This document shows positions 1 to 13,504 of a DNA stretch of 64,000 nt, piece after piece. Numbering within the stretch: the first letter of the stretch is position 1; every line of letters starts with the position of its first letter. Where the stretch lies: assembly GCA_050273025.1 (NCBI GenBank), contig CP158635.1:22134001-22198000 (forward strand). Reading direction: 5' to 3'. This DNA comes from Cenococcum geophilum (lineage: Eukaryota). The position numbers and the translations under genes were made by a program. The notes beneath the pieces are model-generated. The model was not told the DNA's origin and searched no databases. It saw only the letters and a list, made by a program, of their open reading frames with translations.

Positions 1-3000
1 CCTCTACCGTTTATTCCTTCCTTATCTCCTCTATAGTAGATTGCTCTGCTCCTCGTGCTATATAGGTACTAGATTACTCTATCTGCCATTTTATAGTGCT
101 CTTAGCTTAGGTTCTAATTAAACCTTACCAGCCGTGATACTGTAAAAGCAATATTTAGACGCGTTATAGTGGCTATATAGAGTACTGAACCCATTTTTCT
201 TTAATATAGTATCGTAGAAGCTAGTAGGGATTTAGGACGAACTAGTAGGTCTATATTAGGGGACGGACGCATTAGACGGATTAATTGGTAATTAATAGGG
301 AGGAGTTTTAATTCTACTATAGGAGTATCTAGAAGACGCCCTTTAAGATCTATCTTATACTAATTAGCTATCTTCTTAATATAGGCTTCCTAGGATAGCT
401 ATAGGAGCCTTTAGCTACAATTGCGTAGTATATAGATTCCTAGGAACCATTTTAGCTCTCTAAGGGTACTTATCTAGTATTCCTTGCTCAGCTCCTTAAT
501 CGCTTCTTAAGCTTTCTTTTTATCTATCTTTTAGTAGTAGAAGACAATATTATTAATATAGAAGAAGACGACTATTCCACCTTTTAGTATAATGTATAGC
601 TTTTAAGGAACCTCTTTAAAACCTAATTCGTTTAAGAAGCTCGTAAGGTTCTTTTACTATAATAGTGGTGATCGTTATAGTCCGTAAAGGGCTTTTCTTA
701 AGCGCAGTACTTTGTCTGTCTTTCCTTTATTAAACCCTAGTAGTAGCTTTATATAGATAACCTCGTCGAGATCGCAATAGATAAACGCGTTAACTATATC
801 TATGTCATCTCTAGGTCGAATTTTGCGGTAATCGCCATTAGGGTTTAGAAGGTCGTACTAGCTAATATAGTAGCTCTTATAGGTAGGTCTCCTGGGGCCT
901 ATTAATTTCTATATACTACTAAGCGTGCCTTATATTTCTAAAGGAATCCGTACTTATCTGTCTTATAGACGAATACCTACATTAAGCTAAGGACCTGCTG
1001 TCCCTTTACTTACTTCTTATCTATTTCTTAAAATAACCTTATTTAATAATGAGATTGGAGATAGGCTCGTTAAGCCTCTTAGAAATAATCTTAAAGAGGA
1101 TGCGTATTAAGGTCGCGGATCGACTAAGGTAGCAGAGGTAAGTTCTTCCTTTATAATCTAACATTACGTATTTTACCTAATTTTAGCTTGCTGTCGTTAA
1201 GTTAACTATTAAGGTTAAACTTTCTTCCTGCTAAAAAGGCGCCGTAATAGGCTAAGGTAATCCTTTTAGTAATAAAGTCTTTAAACCTATTATTACAGGC
1301 TTCCTTAAATAAGTCTTTAACCAAGTTATTAAACACCCCCTAAGTGTAAAACCCATCTCCTACTCGGCTAATAATGTCCTAATTAGTACCTTATACATCT
1401 AACTTTGTTAAATACTTAACGTAAAAGGCACATAGAGATTCTTCGTCTTCTTCCGTTAGAGGTAGTGTACGATATATATCTTTAAGAGCTCTTATAAGCT
1501 TAAGATCTGCTAACTTATTAAAGGTTCGCACTAGCTTATTATCGGCGTCGTCGTCTTCCTCTTAAATTGACGGTTTAAATACTTCGTTATCGTCTTTCAG
1601 AAGGACCTTATTCTAAGTCTAGGTATTAGGAAGTTAAATCTTCTTAATTAGCGTATCTAACTCAGCGTATAGATCCTTTAAGATATCCGTTTACTTACCG
1701 TCAAAGAATATCTTTTTATTAAAGATAATATCCCTAGTAGAGATAACGATACCCTTATATAGGATCTAAATCCTATAGATATTAGTAGAGTTATAGCCGA
1801 TAAGGTAGCCGATATGGGCTTACGGATCTAGCTTGCTTAGCCTTTTCTTTTTTAGCTAGGCGTCTGACGTTATCGCGTACGCCCTATAGCCGTAGGCTTT
1901 TAGGTGCGCTAGTTGCGGCTTTCTTAATCTCCTATTAGCTAGGAAGGTATAGAACCTCTTATATAGCGATTTCCAACCGTTACTTTCCCGTAGCGTTTAA
2001 TCTCGAAGGTAGACTATATAGTTAACTATCTCGTCCCATAGATTATGTGGTAGATTAGCAGCAATTCTCATTACACGTGCTTTCTTAATAATTATACCCC
2101 CTAAGCGTTCGGTGGTACTATTTTAAGCTTATATATAAGGCGCCGAAGGCTTAAATATAATCCCTTAGGTCTATAACCATTTAAGGGTTCTCCTTTTACC
2201 TAGCTCGTTATCTAATCTAATAGTATTAACTTTAAGGTTATACCTCAGATAAATCTACTAGATAAAATCTTTAAGCACTTATAGTGTCTCCTTCTTCTTA
2301 CCGTGCGTTGTTATAAAATACAGGAAGGATTTTCCTAAGTAGGTGTTGTGGATAAGTATAACTTGTATAAATCCAGTATACGCTTCCTTAAGGTTAGTCT
2401 AGTTAATATAGAGGTTAAGATAGGGTTTATTAATTTTCTATTTTAAGAACCTTCGTAAGACCTAACGCTTAATTTTAGCGAGGCTATAGTGTTAACATTC
2501 CGTCGTCCTAGGGCCTTAAAGCTTAACCCCTAGGGCGTTAACACCTAAATAATAAAGGCTTATAGGTCCTAGATAACCTAGACGCAGGTACTATAGTTAT
2601 ATATTACCTTTCGCATCTAGACGAATGTCTCTTAACGATACTCTACGCTTCCATTAACGGCGTAGCAGTTAGCTTATATTAAACGCTAATAGACTTCCTA
2701 GTCGTATATACTTAATAGTCTATTATCTATAACGTTCTTCCATTTAATATAGGATTGTGTTATCCTTCCAAACTAGAAAATTGTTATCTCCTTTATTATC
2801 CTAGTAGTACCCTTATTTTTAAAGTAGACGGAACAACACTAGATTTATATTAAAGTCCGTATAAAAGGCAACGTCCTTAAGATATAGGATTCCCTTACTC
2901 TTATTTGGTTTTATAACTTAGACAGTAATATTACCGTAGCCTAGTATAGGCACTTCTAAGCTACCGGCGATAATGTATTCGTATCTTAAAGCTTTCCTAA

Positions 3001-4735
3001 AGTTATAGAAATAAGAAAGGTTATTAAAGATATAAAGAGTGGTTCCTAAGTTAAGAATAGTTAATAGCTTTAGTAAATAGAGTTAACCGGTATAATACGA
3101 TTCTAGGAATATTGCATTAGCTTCTCCCTTAATCTTAACTATCTCTTGGCTTTCGTCCTATTGTTATTAAGCTTTGTCAGCATCTAATTCCTTAAGCTTA
3201 AGTCGTTCTACTTAGGCAGCTAAATCCTTATCGTACTCTACCTTTTTACGCACCTTCTTTATACGTATACCCTCGGCATTAAATCCTTTAGGCCTCTTGC
3301 ACTTAAATAAATACCAACAGTTAGGAAGGGTATATCCCCTTATATCGCATACCAGGCATTTTAGGATTCTTTAACTTCTTAAAAAACATCTCTTTAGTTA
3401 AATTTATCCCTGCCCTTTTTCGACTGCGAAATAAGCTATTCCCTCTTCCCTTTTAGACCTTAGCAGTAATAGAGATATCCTCTTTAGACTCTCCTGCGAA
3501 GTTTATATTAAATATACTCCCTCTAGTAGTTAAGGATAGTACGGCTTTTAAAAGGTTTGTAAATGCTTCCTATAGCTCTATTACTACTTTACGGTATTCT
3601 AATAAGTAAGCCTTTTCGGTATTATTTGCCTATTTAGTATATATAACAAAATAGGTTTCGCTTATAGGTCGTATTGTATTTATAAGGTCTATAAGCCAGA
3701 TCCTATTAGTTATTTATAGAAGGTCGTACTTCTCTACCATCTTTATTATATATTCCCATCGGTTAAGCTATAGGGTAACCTTTATCTACTTAAGTCCCTT
3801 AAGTAATTCTATATACTATATTTATACCTTCCTTATTATAAAGTTCTTTAAGGGCTTAGTGTCTTCTTTTAAGTAAGTTAACCATTCTTTAACTATAAGG
3901 GAAGGGTTAAGCAGCAACTTCTTCTAAATTAATACTATGGACGTAATCTAGGTGCGGATTTGTTGAAGATGATCTTCCTATCTTAGGAAATACTTCATAT
4001 CCTGGTCGTAGTATCGTCTGCTATTATCATACGCTTTCTACTAATTCGTTAAGAGCTGTATATATAAGGTTGCATTCTTATTAAAATCTATAACTTCTGG
4101 ATAGGGTGGTTCTTATAGTAGACCTTATTAAGGTGCTTCCTTAGCTAGGTCAACGTGGGCCTAAATTCATTTGTTTACGAGGGCTTATAGTTGCCAGATC
4201 CATTGCTCCCAGTCTTCTAGCTTATTAAGGATGATTGTAGTAGACGACCTCGACATCGGTGGAGTCATTTGACTAATAGGCAGATAGGAATTAAAATGGT
4301 ATTTTTGTCGTTAGGATCGTCCTTGTCGCAGGATCGTCCTTATCGTCAGGATCGTCCTTTGACGATGAGGTAGAATCTCGTAAAATCTCGTGGAAACTCG
4401 TGGAATCTCGTCCTGTGATAATTGAGGTAGGATTTCAATCAGGGTCGTCTTGTGACAATGAGGTGTCAGAGTCTAACGATGAGGTAGAATTTCTTCAAAT
4501 AATTGAGTAATAGTTGAATAGCTTCTTATGTCGGCGGACCGGGCTTATAACTGTCAGATAATGCATATAGAGCTATTCATTGATGAAATGGGTTAATTGA
4601 TTGATAATCTTGATCGTGTCTTTTTCTTAGTTGACCTAGGGCCCCTAGGGCTCTATAAAGAGATTTATAATGCACGTGCCCCGTGCACGTAACTCGTGTA
4701 CGTCCTACGCCACAGAGAATACAGATTATCTAACA
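1..4735 (-). mobile_element. Ty1/copia LTR retrotransposon, RIP-inactivated; the 3' part lies outside the window
   Basis: Minus-strand domain order is gag-PR-INT-RT. Gag start MTPPMSRSSTTIILNKLEDWEQWIW at 4268; protease IL(D)SGTT ~3040-3060; WHLRLGH ~2570-2595; RT VLRLRKALYGL ~680-710; YVDD relic TATATTAATAAT at 549-560. The LTR is followed by GTTATAAGCCC, a RIP form of the fungal copia GTTATGAGCCC motif. Confidence 0.93.
4552..4735 (-). repeat. 5' LTR of the copia element (184 bp)
   Basis: TGTCAGATAAT...ATTATCTAACA inverted termini; adjacent to the PBS-like motif; right flank ACTAG is the probable TSD. Confidence 0.88.
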
Positions 4736-4740
4736 ACTAG

Positions 4741-7700
4741 AGGCAGAAGAGAAATAAGCTTACGGCTTATACTGAGAATATTAAGAGCGGGTCTTTATTC
4801 TTTACACTTAGCGCTACTAATCTACATTGGCATAATCTATACTCTTATATGCCTTAATTTAATAAATATAAGGCTACTAATAAGGCTTAGCGCTACTAGA
4901 TTGCTTCTTAAAATCTTAATAATAATCCGCATATTGCTACTTACTAGCTATATCGCCACTTTAATCTGTTTAGGAAGCACGTGCTTATAGGCCTATTTAA
5001 TAGTACTGACTTTTAGTCCCGATATAAGTGGTAGGTACGAGGTAGCGGCTATATATATAGCTTTTTATGGAGTTTAATAGCCCTAAGGCCAGATCTGTTA
5101 ACTGGTGAATTAAGGGCGGCTTTTGCTAAGTACTAGGCTACTTTTATATCTGTAATAAATCCTGATTAATCTAGACCTCCCAATCTTTAATATCCTTCTG
5201 CTCTCGGCTATAAAGAACACCTTAACACTAGTAAGCTTTTTACTGCCTGCCTTAATCGATTTTAACGGCACTGTAATTGCACTAAATCTTACTGCTTAAG
5301 ATTAAAGAAAGGCTCTACTAGAGTAAAGGAGTGCCGCTTTTATTTTCCACGCTCTCTCCGTAATAAGGCTGCTATATTAAAGGATTAAAATCCACATTAC
5401 TAGACGTTCTGTCCGTAGCGTAATAATAAGCTTCTTAATAGTTATAATGCAGCTATAATATTGGCGTAGATGGCGAATATTAATACGTCACCCGCTATAA
5501 GTATATTAGTAATAGTTAACTATATAGGCAAATATTGCAGTAAGGAAGAGAAGAAGTTAACTTCCTATTAGGAGTTACTCTAATTAGTACAGCCGTACGT
5601 TAATAGCCTTTATGCCTTTAGTTCGGTTATGGCTAGGTTTATAAATAAGCTTATTGCTAAACATAATTAGTTAGCGTAGGAGGTCTGCCATTTGCTTCTT
5701 AATATTCCCCTTTATAAAGGCTTTAGGAATATAGTAACTTTAGACTACCGCTAGGAGGACGATTAAAGCGCTATATATAAGCTTAATAATAGGCAACTAA
5801 GAGGGTGCGGACTGTCTAACTATAAGAAATATAAGCGCCGCCTAGATAGGGTAGAGGATGTTACTTTTCTTAATTTTCTGCTCTATTTTAATTACTTTAC
5901 TTATAAGCGTTGGCTAAGAGCAAGGCCTTAAGTTATATTGTACTTTCCGCGATATAACGGCGATCGTTCCTATTTATAGTATCCTAAGTTCTACCGTATA
6001 AAGCTTATTCTTTATTACCCGTAAAGGAAGTATAAGGAAGTAGCTACTTATACTAATAGATTTGGGGCCCCTAATTATATGGCTTCCTATTAGGCTTACG
6101 TTAACTCTTATTAGCACCCGCCTAACTACTTCTATAATTAGAAATTAGAGGAAGGTCGCGAAACTACTAATAATATTAATGAGTTTGAGGGCGATTTCGC
6201 AGACGACTTGGAGCTATATCAGTCCTTTAAGGCCCTATATGCCCGCATTTAAAATACTAACGGAGTTAAACTTAAGGATCCTAACAGGCTTAGTAATAGG
6301 GAGCTTAATTATAACTATAACTGGAGTATATATCGGGGTACGTACCCAGAGCTTAATAAGAGGACTTATTGGCAGGAAGTATGGCTATAGCCTCTACTAT
6401 AGAGCCGCCTATTCTAAATAGCAACTCCATCCTCCTTATAACTAGGTTAGCGTTATATCTATAATGTTGTAGTTAATTACTACAGGCAGATCTAAGCGGG
6501 CCTTAGCCCCCCCCTACTATAGATTAACATTAATAGAGAGGCAGGAACCGGTAAGTGTTATCTTATTACTATTCTATCTACTACGCTCTATAATATAGCC
6601 ATGTCTAATAATAAGCCGTTACTATTGGTTCGAGCCGCCCCTACTAGAGTAGTTGTCTTTAATATTAACGGTAGAACTACGTACGAACTATTAAGGTTAC
6701 TAGTAAATTGCCCCTTTGAGAAATTGCCTGCTGCTAGTCTTACGCCTCTATAACAAGCTTTTAAGGATATTTACTATCTTATCCTTAATGAGAAATCTAT
6801 AATTAGGTAAGTATATTTGGCCTAGATTAATCGCCGCCTCCATTAAATCTACCCTGTGTATAATAACGACTACTTTAGAGGCTTAAACATCTTGCTAGTA
6901 GGCGATTTCCATTAGCTTCCCCCTATAGGTCAGGCGGCCTTATATAGTAATTTACCCGCTAGGCCGTTAGAGCTCGCCAGCTATAGAAAGGAAGCCTATA
7001 AGGCGATTAACTAAACTACTGTCCTAAATTAAGTTATGTGGCAGGGCAGTGATAACGCTAAGAGCTCTACATTTAGGACCGCCCTCGCGGAGCTACGTAG
7101 TGATTCTATAAGTAATTTAACCTAAAAGCTTCTTTTAACTAGGTATAAGCAGGGCCTATCTACTAATAAGGTTGCGGGCTTTAATAACGCAATTCGGCTA
7201 TATAGTACACGCGCTACTATAGGTAAGTATAACACTATTTAGCTTCGCGATCTTTTACAGTGTCACGGAACCCCACCGCAGGGGCCTCTATAGGAGAGCC
7301 CCGTGCTCTCGCGTACACCTCGCGTACAGCTTATGTCAGCTACGCGTAGGTATATCACCTCCTTACGCCCTCGACCCTTACGATCGATCGCGCAACGTCT
7401 TGTAGACTCCTCGAATACATACGCTTTGTAGCCACTGCCCCCGTCCCGTGACATACAGCCAGTAGTAGCTATTAAGTTAGTTAACACTAGTGTAGGTGCG
7501 CGGAAAGTTACTCCTAATTAGTGCGATACTATAGAGAATCTAGCCCTATATATTGGCGCGAAAGTAATACTAATATAGAATATCTGGGTTAAACTAGGCT
7601 TAGTAAACGGTACTACTAGTATAGTTAAAGATATTATATAAAAGGGACACGCGGATATTAAAAAGGATTAGCCTTAGTTACTACTAGTTATAGTAAATAG

Positions 7701-8080
7701 GTATAACGGACCTACCCTATTCACTTAGTAGGATAGTAAGAAGGTCGTCCCTATATTTTCTATACTTTATAAGTAGGAGGGTATAAGAGGCTCTTACTTA
7801 CGGCGTTAATTTCTAATTACTCTAGCTTTTGCTCTTACTGTATATAAAAGCTAGGGCCTAATACTTAACTAGGTAGTTCCAAATATTAAGGAAAAGGATA
7901 AGACAGCCGGGCTAATCTATGTAGCAATCTTACGAGTTAAGAAGCTTTTAGGGCTTATATTTAAATATAGGTTTAATATAAAACGATTTCAGTCATCTAT
8001 AAGTAAGACTAAAGAGGTATAATAAGAAGATTTTATATGGAGGCAGCAGCAACTACTTATAAACGACTTTTCCTAATTAG
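4741..8080 (+). pseudogene. Helitron Rep (HUH endonuclease)-PIF1 helicase, RIP-degraded, 5' part cut off by the copia insertion
   Basis: De-RIP motifs: FFTLSAADLHW (~4795-4830), EWQxRGSGHVHGFLW HUH motif (~5020-5070), CRFYFP, Walker A IDGEAGTGKC (6529-6558), AAPTG, ILDEKSM, GDFHQLPP (~6900), TVHKSQGLTLD (~7835-7870), YVAISRVK (~7920). Confidence 0.9.
7261..7453. mobile_element. Solo LTR (193 bp) inserted in the helicase region
   Basis: TGTCACGG...CCGTGACA termini; 5-bp TSD TACAG at 7256-7260 and 7454-7458. Confidence 0.93.
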
Positions 8081-8689
8081 GAAATTATATACTAGCTTAG
8101 AGGTAAGCGGAGAATGTAGCATTCGTCTTAGTTTCCTAACTTTTAAACAGCTTAACCGCAAAATCCAATTTTCTAAATTTTAACCCCCCTATCTGTCCTA
8201 CCTTCTTACCGCTTCTAAAGCTGTTAGATATATATATAATGGTATATAGGGAGAATTAGCAGTACTACCGGATTAATATTGCTGCTATCTATAGCGTTAA
8301 TTAATTTTTGGAATTTTTTAATTTTTTTAAAGGGCGGAAATGTCGCTTATATAAGAAGTCACGTAACCTTTAAGAATACTTAGAACCGTATATTAGCAGC
8401 TACAACTTCTCTACACTATAGTTAAGATATTATATATACCGCACTTAGAGCTACTTATAATAACTATTACCTATAGATCTGCCAATTTATAAATTAAAAA
8501 TTAGACATAGTTAGAGCTATTAGTAGGGGTTATTAATCGGGCTCCCCGTAACAAAATTTTAGATTTTGGTAATCTAAACTAATAAATTAAATTAAAAGTT
8601 CGGAATATCCAAATAAGGTTCTGCTAAGACGCTAGCTAGACCCTAACCTAAACCCTTCCTAACCTATTAAATTTTAAAAATAACAACCT

Positions 8690-9052
8690 CTACTAAATTA
8701 AAAATTAACCTTATCCTTAATAAGCCATCCGATTGGATTTAATGGTTCTTTATTATCTAAGATATAGCTAAAACTAACGAGGTATAGTGGTATATTAACC
8801 TATTTAAGAAGAAAGACGATCTTCTAAAGCTAGAACTACTAAGTCGGCCTATACTAAGGGATATACTACCTACGGCTATATTAATAGCAAAGCTAGACCT
8901 AAATCAGCTCACTGCTTACAACTAGCTCTATGCTAAATATAAGGACAATCTACGCGTATACTAGAAGCAAAAACAGGCTATAAATGATATTAATAACTAC
9001 ATCATTCGCACTATATTGGTAGCCTACCTTTCACTTATTAACAGCCTCAATA
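8690..9052 (+). pseudogene. Fragment of a second copia-type gag N-terminus
   Basis: De-RIP reading ILDKPSDWIQWFFIIQDTAKTNEVWWYIDP parallels the copia gag start at 4268 (ILNKLEDWEQWIW...WAHVDL). Confidence 0.65.
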
Positions 9053-9467
9053 GTCGGTTACATTAAATATTTAAGGCGTCTCTACTACTGTAGTAGCCAC
9101 TGCAGTAATAGAGACACCCTATATTTTAGTAAGCAATTAAGCCTATCTTATACGAGAATCTTATGCTATTAGTACTTACCAAATCACGTACTCGTAGGGC
9201 CTCCTCCTATCTATAAATACTCCCTCCTTTATACCTTCCTCTCTTTTTTTCTTCTTCCCTATAAGAGCTAGAGGTGCTCTAATACTCCTCCTTAGTCCCC
9301 ACTAAGGGATCTATTAGTCAACGTGGCAATATAGACAGTATTAGATAACGATATGGGCGAGAGAGGATAGGAAGGACGAAGGAGCCTCTAGTATATATTA
9401 GTCAAGTAATGTCACTGGCTATATTATGGCTGCCTAATCTCATATACTCGCAGGCCTCCTCCTATCT

Positions 9468-12220
9468 AACATGCGGAACGTTAGGTACCCTACGTAAACT
9501 TTAACCCGAGTTTAAAAGCTTTAACTTAGAGCCTTATATATAGAGTTTAATTAATATATTAATATAGATATAGATATAAGGTTTTCTAGGGGGAGACCCC
9601 CTGGCCCCCCCCCTCTATAGAGCTTTTGCTTAATTTAAAAGTAGTAGTAAGGCTAATACGCCTTAGTTACTACTAAGTAATATTATCTTACTAAGAGGAT
9701 CTATTATAGAGACTAAGGCGCCTTACTTAAGTTAGGCTTAATTTAGAAGTAATATAGTCTAATTAATATCTATATATATATAGATATAAGGCTTTCTAAA
9801 AGGAGACCCCCTAGATCCCCTTATAAAGCTTTTAAAAGTAGTAGTAAAGCTAAGGCGCCTTAGTTACTGCTAGGTAGAGCCTTATATAGAGCTTTAATAG
9901 AGCCTCATGCAGAGCTTTAGTAGAGCCTTATGTGGAGCTTTATATAGAGCCTTGCGCAGAGCTATGTGTAGACATATAGATGTATAGACGTGCAGCCGTT
10001 TGTTCTAGCGATTAATTATAGAGATATTTATAGAGATGATTATATAGGCAATTGTATAGGCGTTTAATTAATCATTTATACGGGCGTTTGTATAGGCAAT
10101 TAATTAATTAATTAATAGTATGGACGTTTATAGAGCTATAAGTAAAGCCGTGTATAGAGCTATTTATAGAACCGTTCGTAGAGACATTTATATAGGCGTT
10201 TAGTTTATTAATTAATTAATTGTATAGGCGTTTATATAGGCAATTAATTGATTATTTGACTAATTATATGGGCGCTTATATGGGCGATTGTGTAGATATT
10301 TATAGAGCTGTTTATAGAGCTATTTATATAGACGATTATAGAGCCTTCCTAATATATTAGTGCTATATATTAGTAGAGATTTAGAGCTCCGTATTAAGCT
10401 TTAAGTAGAGTTTTAGGTAGAGCTTTAAGCTTAAGGGGGAGACTCCCTTGGACCCCTACCCCCCCTACGCACTATATGCTCCATTTACCGCGTAGGCAAA
10501 GCTTATGCAGAGGTTTTAGTAGAGCGTTTAGTAGAGCTTTTGCGGAGCTTTATGCAGATCTTTTGTAGAGCTTTATATAGATCTTTAGTGGAGCTTCGTG
10601 CAGAGCTTTAGTAGAGCTTTATATAGAGCTTTAGTAGAGCTTTGTCTAGAGCTTTAGTAGAGCTTTATGCAAAGCTTTAGTAGAGCTTTAGTAGAGCTTT
10701 AGTAGAGCTTTATATAGAGCTTCGGTAGAGCTTTGTATAGAGCCTTATATAAAGCTATATGCAGGCATTCGCACGGGCGATTAACTGCAGAGACGTTTAT
10801 AGAGATAATTGTATAGGCAATTGCATAGACGTTTAATTAATCGATTGTATAGGTGTTTAATTAATTAATTAATTGTATAGGCGTTTGTATAGGCGATTGT
10901 ACAGACATTTATAGAGCCGTTTATAAAGCCGTTTATGTAGACGATTATAGAGCCTTCCTAGTATATTAGTGCTGCGTATTAGTAGAGCTTTAGAGTTCCG
11001 TATTAAGCTTCGAGTAGAGCTTTAAGTAGAGCTTTAAGCTTAAGGGGGAGACCTCCTTAGACTCCTCCTGCGCACTACGTGCTTTATTTACTGCGTGGGC
11101 AGAGCTCTTGCAGAGGCTTTGGTAAAGCGTTTAGTAGAGCTTTTGCAGAGCTTTATATAGAGCTTTGTGTAAAGCTTTGTATAGATCTTCTATAGAGCTA
11201 TATATAGGCGTAGACGTTCGTACGGGCGATTAATTGTAGAGACGTTTAATTGATTGATTATATGGACGTTTAATTGATCGTTTATATAGGCGTTTATATG
11301 GGCGTTTGCACGGGCGATCGTATAGACGTTTATAGAGCCGTTCGTAGAGCCGTTTATAGAGACGATTATATGGCGATTAATTGTATGGGTGGTTATTCGG
11401 CCGATTGCAGAACCTTCCTAGTATATTAGTACTGCGAGTTAGTAGAGCTTTAGAGCTCTGTATAGGGCTTTAAGTAAAGCTTTAAGTAGAGCTTCGAGCA
11501 GAGCTTTAAGGGGGAGACCCCCTTGGACCCCCCTACGCACTACGTGCTCCATTTACTGCGTGGGCAGAGCTCTTATAGAGGCTTTAGTAGAGACTTTAGT
11601 AGAGCTTTTAGTAGAGTTTTTAATAGAGCTTTGCAGAGCATTATATAGAGCTTTATATAAAGCTTTGTGTAGAGCTTTGTAGCGTATAGGGTGTAGACGC
11701 TTATACGGGTAATCAATTGTAAAGACGTTTGTAGAGACGATCGCATGGGCAGTTATATAGACGTTCGTACGGGCGATTGTGTAGACGTTTGTAGAGCCGT
11801 TCGTAAAGCCGTTCATAGAGCCGTTCGTAGAGCCGTTTATAGAGACAATTGTACGGCGATTAACCGTATGGGTAGATTGTAGAACCTTCCTAGTATATTA
11901 GTACTGCGTGTTAGTAGAGCTTTAGAGCTCCGTATAGGGCTTTAAGTAAAGCTTTAAGCAGGGCTTTGAGCTTTATACGGAGCTTCGTGCAGATATTTTA
12001 TAGGGCTTTAGTAGAGCTTAGTGCAGAGCTTTTCCAGAGCTTTGGTAGAACTTAAGGTTTTAATATTTATCACGTAAATTCTGCCATACCTTACCGCGCG
12101 CGGTTTTGTTTCTAACCAATTAGAAGCCAAATTTCTAACCAATTAGAAGCTGGCTTAGCGGAAGTTTAAATTTTAGGACCCCCTAACCCGAATATATAAA
12201 CCACTCGTACCTCGGGTTAA
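9468..12220 (-). mobile_element. Non-autonomous Helentron/Helitron2-like (DINE/HINE-type) element filled with satellite repeats
   Basis: Asymmetric inverted repeat: terminal CTCGGGTTAA (12211-12220) versus subterminal TTAACCCGAG (9501-9510). Extra IR TAACCCGA at 12184-12191; small hairpin ACGTTAGGTACCCTACGT at 9478-9495; AA/TT ends. Confidence 0.6.
9880..12055. repeat. Higher-order minisatellite: 12-bp monomers (AGAGCTTTAGT/GAGCTTCGAGC and GGCGTTTRTATA types) in ~460-610-bp super-units
   Basis: Anchor CCTTCCTAGTATATTAGT near 10344, 10953, 11413 and 11885; anchor TAAGGGGGAGAC near 10433, 11041 and 11507. Confidence 0.92.
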
Positions 12221-13504
12221 TAAGAGCTAGAGGTGCTCCAATACTCCTCTTTAGTCCCCACTAAGGGATCTATTAGTTAACGTGGCGATATAAATAGTAT
12301 CTAATAAGGAGACGGGTAAGAGAGAAGATAGAAAGGACGGAGGGGCGTCTGGTAGGTATTAGTCGAGCAATGTTAATGTCTATATTATAGCTGCCTAATC
12401 TCCCGTTTATAGGCCTCCTCCTGTTTATAAATACTCCCTCCTTTATACCTTCCTCTTTTCTTCTTTCTTCTTCCTTATAAGAGCTAAAGGTGCTCTAATA
12501 CCTCTCCCTAGTCCCCACTAAGGGATTTATTGGTTAATATAGCAATATAGATAGCATCTAACAAGGAGATAGGTAAGAGAGGAGATAGGAAGGACGAAGG
12601 GGCGTTTAGTAGGTGTTAGTTAAGCAACGTTAATATCTATATTATGGCTGCCTAATCTCCTATTCGTAGGCCTCCTCCCATTTATAAATACTCCCTCCTC
12701 TATACCTTCCTCTCTTCTTCTTTCTTCTTCCTTATAAGAGCTAGAGGCGCTCTAATACCCCTCCCTAGTCTTTACTAAGGGATCTATTGGTTGATATAGC
12801 GATATAGATAGTATTGGATAAGGAGACGGGTAAGGGAGAAGATAGGAAAGACGGAGGAACCTCTAGTAGGTGTTAGTCAAGCAACGTTAACGGCTGTTTT
12901 CGTTACCCAAAAATTGCGTCATATAATGGCATTTGGGAACGCAAATATATACCCCCGTCCTATACTTATACCACTACTAAATATTCTAGATTTTATACTT
13001 GGAGCTACTTATAATAGGCATTCCTAGGAGATCTACCGGTTTAAAGCTCTATAATTAAACATTGTTAACGTTTTATATAGGGGTCGTCAATTAAGCTCCT
13101 GGGACACGATTTTTAAAGTTTAACACTACACTAATATTACGACCTTCTTACAGTGGCCGAGCCACCCCTAATCTCCTCCCCCTCCTCCCCCCTTCTATTA
13201 CTCGGCGCCGAGCTATCGCGTTATTATACGTCCGAACTGGGTGGGCAATGACGTAGTTACTCGATTATGTTAGACGTCTCTATATACAGTTATATCTCTT
13301 CCTACACGCGTATTTAATCAAGTTGGGGTAGTAGACTTACTTTAATTCCAGCTATATAGCGATTTAGTTATTAGGTATTAAAAATATTTAGTATATAAAG
13401 CTTTAAATTGGAATTATAATCTACTATATTAGATCCTACGTAGAGGGCTCTGTATTAAAGCTTTGCAGTCCAAATATATACTAGATTTGTGACCAATATA
13501 ATCC

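Larger units (their letters stand above)
9195..12895. repeat. ~257-bp tandem repeat array (one copy at 9195-9466, ~2.6 copies at 12221-12895), interrupted by the 9468-12220 element
   Basis: Recurring GGCCTCCTCC...TATAAATACTCCCTCC...TAAGAGCTAGAGGTGCTCTAATAC...GTCCCCACTAAGGGATCTATT, with anchors near 9198, 9452, 12411 and 12668. Confidence 0.9.

Noticed and set aside
4670..6421. Hydrophobic ORFs 4670-4990 and 6179-6421
   Set aside because: These are off-frame readings of the RIPed Helitron gene; the Leu/Ile richness reflects AT bias.
8639..8665. Telomere-like CCCTAA motifs
   Set aside because: Only one or two degenerate units are present, not an array.
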